NCBI GenBank assembly: GCA_963719945.1
Contig: CAVRDX010000001.1
Location: forward strand, 192,001-256,000
DNA from: an uncultured Thermoplasmata archaeon
Lineage (GTDB): Archaea > Thermoplasmatota > Thermoplasmata > UBA10834
Direction: 5' to 3'
Length of the DNA stretch: 64,000 nt
Shown piece by piece: positions 49,139 to 60,145 of the stretch (the first letter of the stretch is position 1; each line of letters starts with the position of its first letter). Below the pieces are notes generated by a model that was given only the letters and a program-made list of their open reading frames with translations, had not been told where the DNA came from and made no database searches. Position numbers and translations under genes: made by a program.

Positions 49139-51103
49139 TCATTCTCCCAGCGGGCTGTCGTCTTTCTTCTTACCACCTTTATTTTTCTTCATCATAGTCA
49201 TGGCCACTATCACAGCCACTACCGCGACAACTGCTCCTATTCCTATCGCGACATACATGATGTCGATTGGTTTCTTTTCCACAGGCTCGAGTGCCTCCAG
49301 ATCGAAGAAGAGCGGGTTTCCTGTCCAGAAGGCATCCATGCTTCTTCCTGGGTTAGCTTCCCAGTCTCCCCAGCCCTCGAAAGTATCCGTCCTCCATGCG
49401 TATGTCTGATACGGATAGGCCAATAGGATGTAGCCTGCATCCTCATAGTTGATCCTCTGGCAGTTATCGACGTAGATCTTCCTCTGGGCTGGATCGAGTT
49501 CGGAGATCGACAGCGTGTAATTCTCCTCATACCCTGGAGTCGAGTACAGGTTGTCATTCCAGCCGTTCCATGCGCGATATGATTGGCAGAACAGCATGAA
49601 GTTCGGGTCCGGATCCGCGCTCCAGTACCAGATCATGGTGTCATATGCATATGCATAGACTTGTGTGCCTAGTTGTGCCTCGGTCATGTAATCTGGCACC
49701 AGTTCGATTCCTATCTGCTTCCATTGATCCACCAGGTACTTCGCAATCAGTGTCTCCTCTGGGAACTCTATCCGAATCAACATCTCGAACGAGAGCTGTC
49801 TATCCGGCGTGACCCATCCTTCCTGTACTGCTAGGCTGTCCGCCGTAGCGACCCTGTAAGTGGCACTCGCACTTGGATATCTATAACCTGCATCCTCAAG
49901 CATCTGTGCCGCTGCGTCCATATCGAAATCGTATAGTTCATCCGCAGTCGGCTCATAGTGCCACTCCTCGTTCACAGGTGATATCAGAGTAGTGCCCACA
50001 TCTGCATAGCCGAGATAGTACTGGTCCACAATGGTTTCCTTATCAGTGGCCATTGCAAGAGCCTGCCTAACTGCAGGATCGAGTCTTGCCTGGTTCGGAC
50101 CCGCAGTGTTCATGTTGAACCCTATCTCGGTCCAGTACTGTGTGCACTTCAGACCGTCGTAAGTCTCTATGTTCTTCAGGGTTCCAGCATCCACGCTCTG
50201 CTTGATGGTGTGATATTCTGATGGCGGGAATTGCGCGATGTCCAGCTCACCGTTCTTCAAGGCGAGACTCATCGCAGTCGCATCATCATAGAAGTACATG
50301 ACAATCTTATCGAAGCTGACATTCAGTCCCTTGTCATCCTGCCAGTGGTAGTTCGGATTCCTGAAAAGCGTTATGTGATCTCCCTCGAAGTACTCGGCTG
50401 CGATGTCAGGACCTGCCATGAACGGTCCCGTTCCGACAATCGGTATACCTCCGTCCTCGAAGTACCCTGTCCATGTGAATGCGATATCTGCCGAAGACAT
50501 CGACTGGAGCTTGTGACGCGGAAGCATCGGGACGCAGATCAGCTCAGCATATGCGGCGACCATCGGCTCATCGGTGTCTCTGTCGAAGAAGTGGATTCTG
50601 ATGGTGTCGTCATCGACAGCTTCTGCATATTGCATGAAGTATGCATATGGTTGGTATGCCCACCACAGATCGTACTGCTGACCGTTCTGGTCGATCGTCC
50701 AAACCGCGTCTTCTGCAGTGAATGGTTCTCCATCATGCCACATCGCGTTCTGGGTCAAATCGAATTCCCAGACTGACCCATATGGTTCACCACTAGCAAT
50801 CATATCGGGATCGCTGAGCGGAACAATCCTCCAATCGGTTGCAAGATTCCCCACAGTCTCGTAGTCATCCCCGACCGAGTGAAGTGCGTCATAGACCAAT
50901 CCATAGAACACGTAGGCTGCATCTGTCAGCCCCATCAATGGATTCAAGCTGTCGATACGCTGCATGAATCCGATCCTAAGTTCGGTTTCGACCACTTCGG
51001 TATCTTCCGAATTCGCAGCACCCATAACACTGGTAACCGGAAGCGCCAATATGGTCGCCAAAAGCAAGACTGCACACAAAGATGGAACTCTAGTTCTCTT
51101 CAT
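49139..51103 (-). CDS. ABC transporter substrate-binding protein, family 5 (peptide/nickel), C-terminal TM anchor
   Basis: Signal peptide, SLNP, NLATDW, WHDGEPFTAED, GTGPF, VRQALAMA.DK. Confidence 0.92.
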   Translation of the reverse strand: MKRTRVPSLCAVLLLATILALPVTSVMGAANSEDTEVVETELRIGFMQRIDSLNPLMGLTDAAYVFYGLVYDALHSVGDDYETVGNLATDWRIVPLSDPDMIASGEPYGSVWEFDLTQNAMWHDGEPFTAEDAVWTIDQNGQQYDLWWAYQPYAYFMQYAEAVDDDTIRIHFFDRDTDEPMVAAYAELICVPMLPRHKLQSMSSADIAFTWTGYFEDGGIPIVGTGPFMAGPDIAAEYFEGDHITLFRNPNYHWQDDKGLNVSFDKIVMYFYDDATAMSLALKNGELDIAQFPPSEYHTIKQSVDAGTLKNIETYDGLKCTQYWTEIGFNMNTAGPNQARLDPAVRQALAMATDKETIVDQYYLGYADVGTTLISPVNEEWHYEPTADELYDFDMDAAAQMLEDAGYRYPSASATYRVATADSLAVQEGWVTPDRQLSFEMLIRIEFPEETLIAKYLVDQWKQIGIELVPDYMTEAQLGTQVYAYAYDTMIWYWSADPDPNFMLFCQSYRAWNGWNDNLYSTPGYEENYTLSISELDPAQRKIYVDNCQRINYEDAGYILLAYPYQTYAWRTDTFEGWGDWEANPGRSMDAFWTGNPLFFDLEALEPVEKKPIDIMYVAIGIGAVVAVVAVIVAMTMMKKNKGGKKKDDSPLGE

Positions 51104-51247
51104 CCCCACGTTATTTCCCCCACACTTGAGCATGTCCAGACCGCTCCCACATGGGTCTGGTTCGACATCTCGGATATGTTACCTTATCCAAAGCCGTGGT
51201 GTTTCAAAGTCCCCACTTCTTACACCTAACGACTATGGCTGGTTTGA

Positions 51248-51294
51248 TTGACATTGAATGTCAAGCGTGGTATAAGAATATTGTGACATTGAAT
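51248..51294. promoter_or_regulatory. 17-bp palindrome TTGACATTGAATGTCAA plus a second TGACATTGAAT copy flanking a TATA box
   Basis: Palindrome 51248-51264, TATA-like 51269-51276, repeat 51284-51294; upstream of the ABC operon. Confidence 0.6.
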
Positions 51295-51851
51295 CGACAT
51301 CTTCTCATATCATTCAAGTCTGGTGCAGAATTCCGAAACGATATTTCAAAACATGCAATTAGTTTCACGTATCAATGAATATTGGTGAGTCAAACGTCAG
51401 GCTCGTTTCGATGGCCGAAACGATTTTGTGAATCGAGTCCTCGATATTGGACATCTATTCCATCCGCTCAGAATGATCCTCAACTCATTTTCTCTGCTTC
51501 CGTTAATGACCCGCGATGGATTCTCATTCGTTCGAATCTCGTTCGTCATTTTAGATCATTACTGTGGCTCTCCATTCGATTCCCGATGCACTGTCGACAT
51601 GGTCGAGGCGATGCGAAAATCCGTTCAGATGCGCTCCGTAATCTACTTTGCAGGGGAAGTCATAATTCGACAAGCGATGCTTCATTCGACGGATTTCTCG
51701 AAATTTTGACAACTAGTATTAAACTGATTCAGGAAGAATAACGTCCAGATGTATCTGGCTGTGTGACAAGAAATGACAGGATATAAATAGTGTAGAAACA
51801 ATTATCGCGATCGGTTGGAGTTGAGCCCAACCATAGGGGGATTAAGTCAAA

Positions 51852-54800
51852 ATGTCTGGGGATATGAGTGATAGTGCACCTGCTGTTCAGCCACCATCAG
51901 AAAAGCCGATTTCTCCACCTGTGAAGAAAGGTGACAAGAAATTCTGGCTGATGATTGTTGCTATCATTGTCGCTATCGCGTTGATATCGACAACTGCGTA
52001 CGTTCTGCTTCTGCCCAAAGATGAGAAATTGATCGAACTCACTCTTGCATCTGAAATGGATCCTTCGGGAACCATCACGATAGATGCGGGTCGACCGGTA
52101 GACCTGTCCGTTACTAGTGTCTTGGCAAACGAAGACGAAGATATCTCTTTCGATGCTGACACCTGGACGAATGTCACCTATCGATGGTCCCGTTCTCCGA
52201 TAACTCTTGGGTCGTTCGACCTCCTTGCGAAGAGGACAGTCACATTCACAGCTGGAGATGCTGCCAATTCTGGAACGATCACATGCAACATCACCTTCGA
52301 TGATTCTGTTCGCGAAAGCCAGATGGTAACGCTTACTGCATCGATCGTCGTCAGTCCGCCATATCTCGATTCCATTGCTGTCACGCCTTCCGTGAAGACT
52401 CTATCATCTGATGAGCCATGGCCCTTCACGGCCACTGCGATGGATTCAGTGGGCGGCACAATGACTGGCGTGACTTTCGCATGGTCTGTCACGAATTTCT
52501 CCGATGAGGAGCACGATCTCAGTGCAATGACGGGATCGACCGTGACTTTCACGGGATTCGTTGAAGGCAATGCATCTCTGAATGCTACTGCCACTGTCGG
52601 CGGAATCTCGAAGACCGGTTCTGCACTCATTCAGATCGGTGGACCGGCTGAGAGATCTGTCGATTACTATTGGTACGACATGTTCGATGTGCCCCTTGGC
52701 GAGTGGTGGGACTTCCGTTGGGAGGTCTACGGCACTGAGGAGCCTTTGACCGACGAGTACCCCTACCTGTTCAAGTGGTATGGGAAAGAGGATGGCAACT
52801 TCTGGACCTATACCAACATGAGGCTGGACATAACGGGTCGCAACATGCCCGAGCTCAACATGAACGAGAACCCAGAGTTCCTGCCATACCTTGGCTCCAG
52901 CCGCGGCGGCACCGCAATCATAGACTGGTACATGCAGTATCTTACCGCTGACGAGATGAGCGCGTTCCCGGATGCCACGAGCGCATGGCTCGACGGTTGG
53001 GTCATAGCACTCAACGGAACCACTACTCTGGACCAACAGGCCGCAATGTCTGTGCTTGGAATCACATCCGAAGAACTCGGGAATTTCGCATCCTGGTGGA
53101 CGGCGAACAACGCGAGCGTCAACGCAGATTATTCGGACTGGATGAAATACGAAGCTGGAAGATACCGTCTTGACATCTACCCGATGTACGAGTATCCGTT
53201 CACACCTCTGACATTCAAGATATGGGCAGAGGAGGTCGGCAATTCGATCGTTCTGAATTACAACCTCGTCACATGGGGCATGGAAGCCCTGATGACCAGA
53301 TGGATGCACGAGGCCTTCATGGAGACGGAGTGGTACTTCGAGGACATGGATTTCCATGCGGTGATCGGACCTGAGGACGCCGACCTTGATGTCAGCACTG
53401 CTGTCGAGTATGCGATGTATGCGTACGAGACAACGCTTGAAAGTGAGCCATGCTGGATGTGGGAGGCGCTTGTACAGGATTATGTGGAGTCATCGCTCGC
53501 CCATCCGGTCTCTGATTATGATCTCTACGCCGATAAGGAATATCTGATGCTCTCTCCAGGGAGCCCGTTGTACGGGGACATGATGACGTATGACTACGCA
53601 CCAGGCGCATGGAACCTCACCGAGGGCGAGACGATATCCATCGAATGGCCATCGGACGATCAGCTCTTCCTGAGGCACGGGGGAGACTACATCGTGTACG
53701 AGGAATACGGATCCATGAGATGTGACTACTCTGAACCGATGTGGACGGACTTCTCTGATCTAATATCTGTAGATACTGCCGAGAGGGTGTTGACTTTCGA
53801 AGGCCCATTGGACGTCTGGACCTGGTCAAAGGACCAGACCGTTGACGAGAACCTCGCATCCGAATGGGATCGTCTTGGTATCCTTCCCTATGGTATGCCG
53901 ACGATCGAGTTCAGAATGGCCGGACCGCCTATGGCGTCATCATTCGATGTTGAACCATCGACTCTGGATGTCGAAGGCGGAACTCCTTTGAGCGTTACGG
54001 TAACGGTGAAGGACCAGTATGGTGAGGTGTATCCAGGATACGCCGGAACGATCGGATTCGAGAGCACGGATGAGCTCGCGACTCTTCCCTCAGATTATGA
54101 GTTCGTCGTAGGTGATGCTGGAGTCCGCTTGTTCACCGATGCGGTCGTGTTCAACACCGAGGGTGTCCAGACGATAACCGCGAGGGATTCGGTAGATTCC
54201 AGCCTATTTGGCGTCAGCGACGATATATCCGTCGCCGAGCCTCCGATGCCGACCTCCTTGCTGATAGAAGGCGTGACGAATCCGATATTGAAAGGTAATT
54301 CGTCGAACTTCACGGTGACAGTGCTTGACCAGTTCGGTGATCTGTATCCGGGTTATACGGGCGAGATAGAGTTCTCATCCAACGACTCATCAGCAGTGTT
54401 CACTCCAGCGACATATACGTTCGTGCCTGGGGACAGCGGCGTCGCGCCATTCACTTACGGTGTCGTGTTCAACACAGGTGGCGTGCACGATCTGACGGCT
54501 GTGGATACTTCTGATCCGAGCATTTCGGACTCTCTACTGGGCATAGTCGTCCTACAGCTGAAGCTGGTCGTATCATACGATCCTGTGGATGTGATCGCCA
54601 ACGAGACTGCGGTTGATGTCACGGTCGAGGTATTCGATCAGTATGATGACCCATTCATCGAATACATCGGGACGGTGGAGCTTACGAGCACCGATGGTCT
54701 GATATATATGCCCGAGTTGTCGCACGAGTTTGACCTGGCTGATGAGGGTGTTTACACATTCTCTGATATAGTCATGGGAATGCCGGGTACTCAGACGATT

Positions 54801-57392
54801 ACGGCTACGGATGCTAATGACGCCACTATCACAGGCTCGGTCGATGTGGATGTATCAGAAGAGGCTGTGGCATCGTCGTTCCGACTGACCGATCTGCCGC
54901 CGACCTGCAGGGTAGGCACCCCATACGACCTGACAGTGACCGTGCTGGATCAATATGACCGCGTTTATCCGGACTATCTCGGCACCGTGGATTTCGATAC
55001 CAACAGGTCTGGCGAAGTGACTCTTCCGTCTAGCTACGAGTTCCTTGTCGCAGATGCGGGAGTGCACCAGTTCGTGGACGGGGTCACCTTCACGGCCGTG
55101 AATACGTTCTCGATATACTGTACGGATTCGATTGACTCATCAATCACCGGCAGTGTCGATGACATATACGCCACGGATGTCGATATCGTGATATCGAAAT
55201 TCACGGTCGAAGGGATAACGGACATGTGGAACGGTAACACCTCCGATGTGACGGTGACTGCATACGATCAGTTCGATAATGTGTTCACGATCTATGAAGG
55301 GACGATCCATTTCATGGTCGACCCTGATGTGGGCACCATCTCGTTGCCTGCGGACTACAAGTTCCTGCTGGCCGATGAAGGCATACATACCTTCCCGGCT
55401 GCAGTGTCGTTCTCAGACCCGGATACGTACAATGTAAGCGTGCAGGATACCGTAGTCACGAGTGCGAATGGTTGGCAGGACGATATCGTCATATCGCAAG
55501 GTCCTTATGCTGCGAGGTTGGAGATATCAGGCGCTCCGTCCTCGGTTCCATCGGGCACATCGTTCACCGTGACGGTCACGGTCTATGATCAATGGGACAA
55601 TGTGTTCGAGGATTATGACGGAACGGTCGTGTTCTCGAGCGATGATACCGCAGCGACTCTACCTGATCCGTACCCATTCGAGCTGGTGGATGCTGGAGAA
55701 CACGAGTTCACAGACGAACTCATCCTCGTCACCGAGGGCGATCAGACAATCACGGTTGAGGACTCGGTGGATGCGGCATTGACTGATACCGTCGCCGTGA
55801 CTGTCACAGAAGCCGTCGTGAGATCGATGGCGTTCACGGTGTACGACATGCTCGCCGAGCCTTGGGGCGAATGGTGGGACGCACCCACCTGGGGTAGAGA
55901 GACCATGTATCAGGACAGCTTCGTCATAAACAGAGGCGAATACAACACGATGCTGTACCTACCTGGCTACGATGCCAAGATAGACAAGGTCGTTCGCACG
56001 CAGGGGATCATAATGGCTCCATATAGGATGTCGATGGAAGGACAGAACCTGCCAGAACTCGATGCCTCGAACCCGGTATTCATGCCGACCCTGGGATCAG
56101 GATCCAGCACGGGAGCTGCCGTTCAGCTCGATCTGTACTTCCAGTATCTGAGCACTGATTGGTGGGCGGATTACTGGGTCACCGAATGGGGCGACAACGC
56201 TAATTGGCCTGGAGACAGCGCTTTCCCAATGACATCCAGCGATGGATACGATGTGGGCACGAACATGACAGTGACGATGAACAGGGAGGCTGCTCTGCTT
56301 TGGATGGGCATCCCGAACGATTCGACCAACCCGCTGACCTGGTGGACTGCAAACAAGGCGACATACAAGACTGCATGGGAGACCTGGCTGAGCAATCAGG
56401 GCAACGTTGTATACGACATATACTGCGGATTCGAATGGACTATGGATTTCCGATTCGCTCCCTCGAATCCGTCGATGATGGATCTCTCCGTAGATGGTGA
56501 CGGCAACGTCGTCCTCAAGATCGGGGTTATCACATGGGGGTATGAAGTCCTGATGTGCAGGTGGCTCGATGCAGCTGGTCTGATGACTCACCAACCATGG
56601 TATGAGGACTTCTCGATGAGCGTGACGTATGGCGAGACCATGTCGAACCTGGTTTCGGATGCTGTCTGTCAATATAGCATGCATGCCGTGAAGGCAAACG
56701 GGACGACGGAGGATCCCGCCTGGGTATGGGAATCGGTCAGGATCGATTATATTGGGAGCTTCGGGGCTCATTTGATTTCTGACTATGACGACTACGTTGC
56801 GCTTTATTACCAGACCTGGAATGCTGGAGACAGCCGGTTCGGATACGACGCGATGTACGACACCGCCCCTGGCATATTCGACCTGAACGATGGCGAGCAG
56901 CTGATATTCCAGCTGTCCACAGAGTCGGATGTGATAGGCTATCTCGGGAAACATACGCCCAACTACGACGATGACTACCTTGACGTGATGTATTCCGATG
57001 ACCCGAGCGGCTTCGAGGCCATACAGCAGGACGGCTCCATGGAACTCGGCTACTACATCACGAACCCTGCCGATCCGCTGGACTTGATGTCCATGTACAA
57101 CCCGACGACGAAGACGTTGACCATCGATGGTGACAGCAGCTACGACTTCGACAATGTGCACTGGGGAACTGGTGCGCTGTACCACGGAGCACCGTGGATC
57201 GAGTTCAACATCGTGACTCCCAAGGCCGCGGTCGCCTCTGTGCCCATGACCGAGGTAGTCGAGTCAGAACCTGTCGCCGTCAGCGGGTCTTCGGGAGCCG
57301 CCGAGCTGTTGAGCCTTTGTGCCGTCGTCTCAGCTTCGATGATCGCGATTGCTGCGCTGGGATGCAACGTACGCAGGATCGAGAATGCCTGA
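51852..57392 (+). CDS. Very large acidic cell-surface protein: duplicated novel domain flanking six Ig-like repeats; N- and C-terminal TM helices
   Basis: 1846 aa; internal repeats visible in the translation; TATA at ~51781 and G-rich RBS. Confidence 0.85.
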   Translation: MSGDMSDSAPAVQPPSEKPISPPVKKGDKKFWLMIVAIIVAIALISTTAYVLLLPKDEKLIELTLASEMDPSGTITIDAGRPVDLSVTSVLANEDEDISFDADTWTNVTYRWSRSPITLGSFDLLAKRTVTFTAGDAANSGTITCNITFDDSVRESQMVTLTASIVVSPPYLDSIAVTPSVKTLSSDEPWPFTATAMDSVGGTMTGVTFAWSVTNFSDEEHDLSAMTGSTVTFTGFVEGNASLNATATVGGISKTGSALIQIGGPAERSVDYYWYDMFDVPLGEWWDFRWEVYGTEEPLTDEYPYLFKWYGKEDGNFWTYTNMRLDITGRNMPELNMNENPEFLPYLGSSRGGTAIIDWYMQYLTADEMSAFPDATSAWLDGWVIALNGTTTLDQQAAMSVLGITSEELGNFASWWTANNASVNADYSDWMKYEAGRYRLDIYPMYEYPFTPLTFKIWAEEVGNSIVLNYNLVTWGMEALMTRWMHEAFMETEWYFEDMDFHAVIGPEDADLDVSTAVEYAMYAYETTLESEPCWMWEALVQDYVESSLAHPVSDYDLYADKEYLMLSPGSPLYGDMMTYDYAPGAWNLTEGETISIEWPSDDQLFLRHGGDYIVYEEYGSMRCDYSEPMWTDFSDLISVDTAERVLTFEGPLDVWTWSKDQTVDENLASEWDRLGILPYGMPTIEFRMAGPPMASSFDVEPSTLDVEGGTPLSVTVTVKDQYGEVYPGYAGTIGFESTDELATLPSDYEFVVGDAGVRLFTDAVVFNTEGVQTITARDSVDSSLFGVSDDISVAEPPMPTSLLIEGVTNPILKGNSSNFTVTVLDQFGDLYPGYTGEIEFSSNDSSAVFTPATYTFVPGDSGVAPFTYGVVFNTGGVHDLTAVDTSDPSISDSLLGIVVLQLKLVVSYDPVDVIANETAVDVTVEVFDQYDDPFIEYIGTVELTSTDGLIYMPELSHEFDLADEGVYTFSDIVMGMPGTQTITATDANDATITGSVDVDVSEEAVASSFRLTDLPPTCRVGTPYDLTVTVLDQYDRVYPDYLGTVDFDTNRSGEVTLPSSYEFLVADAGVHQFVDGVTFTAVNTFSIYCTDSIDSSITGSVDDIYATDVDIVISKFTVEGITDMWNGNTSDVTVTAYDQFDNVFTIYEGTIHFMVDPDVGTISLPADYKFLLADEGIHTFPAAVSFSDPDTYNVSVQDTVVTSANGWQDDIVISQGPYAARLEISGAPSSVPSGTSFTVTVTVYDQWDNVFEDYDGTVVFSSDDTAATLPDPYPFELVDAGEHEFTDELILVTEGDQTITVEDSVDAALTDTVAVTVTEAVVRSMAFTVYDMLAEPWGEWWDAPTWGRETMYQDSFVINRGEYNTMLYLPGYDAKIDKVVRTQGIIMAPYRMSMEGQNLPELDASNPVFMPTLGSGSSTGAAVQLDLYFQYLSTDWWADYWVTEWGDNANWPGDSAFPMTSSDGYDVGTNMTVTMNREAALLWMGIPNDSTNPLTWWTANKATYKTAWETWLSNQGNVVYDIYCGFEWTMDFRFAPSNPSMMDLSVDGDGNVVLKIGVITWGYEVLMCRWLDAAGLMTHQPWYEDFSMSVTYGETMSNLVSDAVCQYSMHAVKANGTTEDPAWVWESVRIDYIGSFGAHLISDYDDYVALYYQTWNAGDSRFGYDAMYDTAPGIFDLNDGEQLIFQLSTESDVIGYLGKHTPNYDDDYLDVMYSDDPSGFEAIQQDGSMELGYYITNPADPLDLMSMYNPTTKTLTIDGDSSYDFDNVHWGTGALYHGAPWIEFNIVTPKAAVASVPMTEVVESEPVAVSGSSGAAELLSLCAVVSASMIAIAALGCNVRRIENA
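53930..55810 (+). repeat. Six tandem ~104-aa Ig-like repeats (VTVxDQY/F...YxGTxxFxSxD...LPxxYxF...DxGxxxF)
   Basis: Six copies counted in the translation; boundaries approximate. Confidence 0.8.
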
Positions 57393-57454
57393 TGGAAATC
57401 GGCGTCTGTAAACCCCAGAAACCTCTTTCATTTCTCATTATTTCGTTTGATCTA

Positions 57455-59563
57455 TCACGATGAGGGCTGGTGCCTCTCGACAGGGAACAAGATGCAGAAT
57501 TTCGCTCCCAGTTCCGGCTTCCCTGGGACCCTGTCCTCCACCCAGATCCTACCCATGAATTTGTCAGTGAGTGCCCTGCAGATGGATAATCCCAATCCAG
57601 TGCCAGCCACCTTGGATTCGGTCTTCAAACGGACATACCTCTGGAATAGCAGATGTTTCTTGTCATCAGGCACCCCATATCCGTTGTCGATTATGCTGAT
57701 CCTCCAGCAGGGGGTATCATCTTCCAGGATCCTGGTCATATCCACGTCTATTTCGACATCTTCGTGCGGATCGTATTTGGCCGCGTTGTTGAGGAGGTTG
57801 ACGAACAGTTCCTCAATCAACAGATTTGCCCTCACATATCCGTGGTCGGGGATGTTCAACCGCACGCTGACAGTCTTGTCCGGCGAGGAACTTGAGATGC
57901 TTGATGCAACCTTCCTAAGGATGTCCGTTATATCGATAGGAGCGAAATCGTTTGGATCCATTATCCCGATCTTGGTGAGCTTCTTGACGTTGTCGATGAG
58001 CTTGGCGTTCTTCCTTATCAACTGAAGGGACTTGTCGAGGTATATGTGCAGCTCCTTCGGTAGGTTCTGGCTCTTGGCTGCTGTCTCGATGTAGTTCATG
58101 GTCGCGAAATTGTAGTTGTTGATGTCATGGAACATCAGGTCGTTGAGCAATTCGATCTCCTTATTCGCCTCTTGGAGCTTGGCTACCAGTTGGGCATTGG
58201 ACAGTGCCACGGAAGCCTGCTGAGCGAATAAGAGACCCGCCTCGAGGTCGCTCTGTGTGAATAATTCATCTCTATTGCGGTACAGTTCAAGAACCCCGAT
58301 CACACCGCTGGATCCAACCAGTGGGATAGCCATCATCGCGTCGTGTTCGAGTGGCATCCCGGGTATGGCTGCGGTCCTTGGGTCGGAATCGACATCATCC
58401 ACGAACTCCGCCCTCCCGGATTTCGCTACATGTCCTACCATACCTTCATCGAGTCCGCCAGGTGATGCCAGTATCTCTTCCTCATATCCGCCGACTGCAT
58501 AGACGGGGAGGACTAGTCTCCTCTGCCAATCGATTATGTAGAATGAGAGATCCTTGTATGGCACGATTTCCTTGATGAATGACGCGATCGCCGCATAGAT
58601 CTGCTCAGTTCCGATCGCCTTCTGCAATTCCACGCCCGATCTGATGAGGGTTTCCTGGAGTCGCATCTGCTTCTCTATCGAGTTGAACAGGATCGTGCTA
58701 TCGATCATGCCACCCAGAAGGTCTGCGACCATCTGCAGCGCCTCGGCTCTCTCCCAATCGTACTCCCCTTGCCTTGCATGCATCATGCACAAGGTGCCCA
58801 ATATCTTGCCTCGTGAGGTCAAGGGCACCGCCATCATCGAACTGACTTTGTTGGTCTCCATTATGCTGAACTCTGAGAACAGCTTTCTCCCGACGTCCTT
58901 CTCGACTATGATCGCATTGCCGCCGAACTTGAGCTTCTCAACCAGACTGCCTTCATATGGGACCTTGCCGAGAGACTTCGCCTTCTTTGGATTGTCGGGA
59001 TCCGGCACTATGACCTCCACATGCCTGTCCTTGTCCTCCATGACTCCAAGGGCGACCCTGTCGAAATCTACGAGCTTCCTGAATTCATCTGCGATGCTGC
59101 CCAGGACCGCTTTCACGTCGTTGTTGGTCCCTGCCAGCTTTGCGATCCTGTTGAGTATGTCTGATCTGAACGCCTTGTCTCGAAGGTCGCGTTCGACTCC
59201 CTTTCGTGTGTTTATGTCCCTCGCTACCCCTGCGATTCCTATTTGGACACCTTTATCATCATGGATCATCGAGGCGGTGAGGGAGATTATCATTACCATT
59301 CCGTCCGCTCTACGGAATTTGATCTCATAATCCTGTATGGGGCTTCCCTGTTCTAGCAATGATACTAGAGCCTTCCATTCGAGCTCTCTGTCTATGATCT
59401 CTCTGCCGAGGTTGAGAGACTTTATCTTACTCTTCGGGAAACCTGTAAGAGTCGCGAATGCGGGGTTGGAGTAGAGAATCTCCCCAGACTTGCTACTGAC
59501 GAAAATACCGTCAAGAACACTCTCAGTGAGGATATTCTTATCAACCTCTTGGCCGGTCTGCAT
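57455..59563 (-). CDS. Cytoplasmic sensor histidine kinase PAS-GAF-GAF-HisKA-HATPase
   Basis: PAS (YSNPAF..LTGF, RDINTRK), two GAFs, H-box FHDINN, N-box NLLNNAAKY, DNGYG, GTGLGL; start ATG 59563. Confidence 0.93.
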   Translation of the reverse strand: MQTGQEVDKNILTESVLDGIFVSSKSGEILYSNPAFATLTGFPKSKIKSLNLGREIIDRELEWKALVSLLEQGSPIQDYEIKFRRADGMVMIISLTASMIHDDKGVQIGIAGVARDINTRKGVERDLRDKAFRSDILNRIAKLAGTNNDVKAVLGSIADEFRKLVDFDRVALGVMEDKDRHVEVIVPDPDNPKKAKSLGKVPYEGSLVEKLKFGGNAIIVEKDVGRKLFSEFSIMETNKVSSMMAVPLTSRGKILGTLCMMHARQGEYDWERAEALQMVADLLGGMIDSTILFNSIEKQMRLQETLIRSGVELQKAIGTEQIYAAIASFIKEIVPYKDLSFYIIDWQRRLVLPVYAVGGYEEEILASPGGLDEGMVGHVAKSGRAEFVDDVDSDPRTAAIPGMPLEHDAMMAIPLVGSSGVIGVLELYRNRDELFTQSDLEAGLLFAQQASVALSNAQLVAKLQEANKEIELLNDLMFHDINNYNFATMNYIETAAKSQNLPKELHIYLDKSLQLIRKNAKLIDNVKKLTKIGIMDPNDFAPIDITDILRKVASSISSSSPDKTVSVRLNIPDHGYVRANLLIEELFVNLLNNAAKYDPHEDVEIDVDMTRILEDDTPCWRISIIDNGYGVPDDKKHLLFQRYVRLKTESKVAGTGLGLSICRALTDKFMGRIWVEDRVPGKPELGAKFCILFPVERHQPSS

Positions 59564-60145
59564 CTGCGCCCCCGAAGGAAGCCTCCACTCTTGGTTGGAG
59601 TGCATCCTTGCTAACCTACAGGAGTTCAGCCTCATAAAAAAGTTGTGCGCTGATTAACGGCCATGATATTGACTTAGAGTTTCTGAATCGTTTCATGAAA
59701 ATGGCTGGGTCTGCGATACTGACGTCACCAATGCCAAATGATATCTGGCCAATAGCCTATTCCCCTACGGTATTCATTATGAGCGCGAAGATGCACAAGA
59801 TCTTCATGACTCGGTGCGATCTGAGGGAATCACGCATGGTCAGTGCGCCTGACTGCAACAGATGTTCTCGCGGTAGCGTCGTCGATAATGGGTCTAGGGT
59901 GCTTTGCGCAGGAATAACGAAATTCTTCACGGTCCCTTGCTACTTCGAAATGAAGTCGTCCTCTTCGGTCATCGAATGTCTGCGTTGTCCGCATGGCGAG
60001 GTATCTCAGGACCGTCTGCGAGTGTTCTGCGACAGCGTTTGAATTCTATGGGCTCGGACACCCTCATCTTTTACTCACTGGCGAAACCGAATCAACAGTA
60101 TTATATAAGCTGTCAAGGCATACTTACGATGGATGGGATGCTCGT

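Noticed and set aside
51382-51741. Overlapping 119-aa and 93-aa ORFs in the 720-bp intergenic region
   Set aside because: No RBS or recognisable motifs and atypical composition; probably regulatory DNA
882-57185. Long antisense ORFs (882-1958, 34011-34865, 39744-40652, 52446-53357, 56097-57185)
   Set aside because: Shadow frames of well-supported genes
59695-60145. ORFs 59695-60042, 59904-60236 and the 5' extension of the DUF835 ORF
   Set aside because: Cys/Ser-rich random-looking translations; a TATA at ~60101 supports the later start
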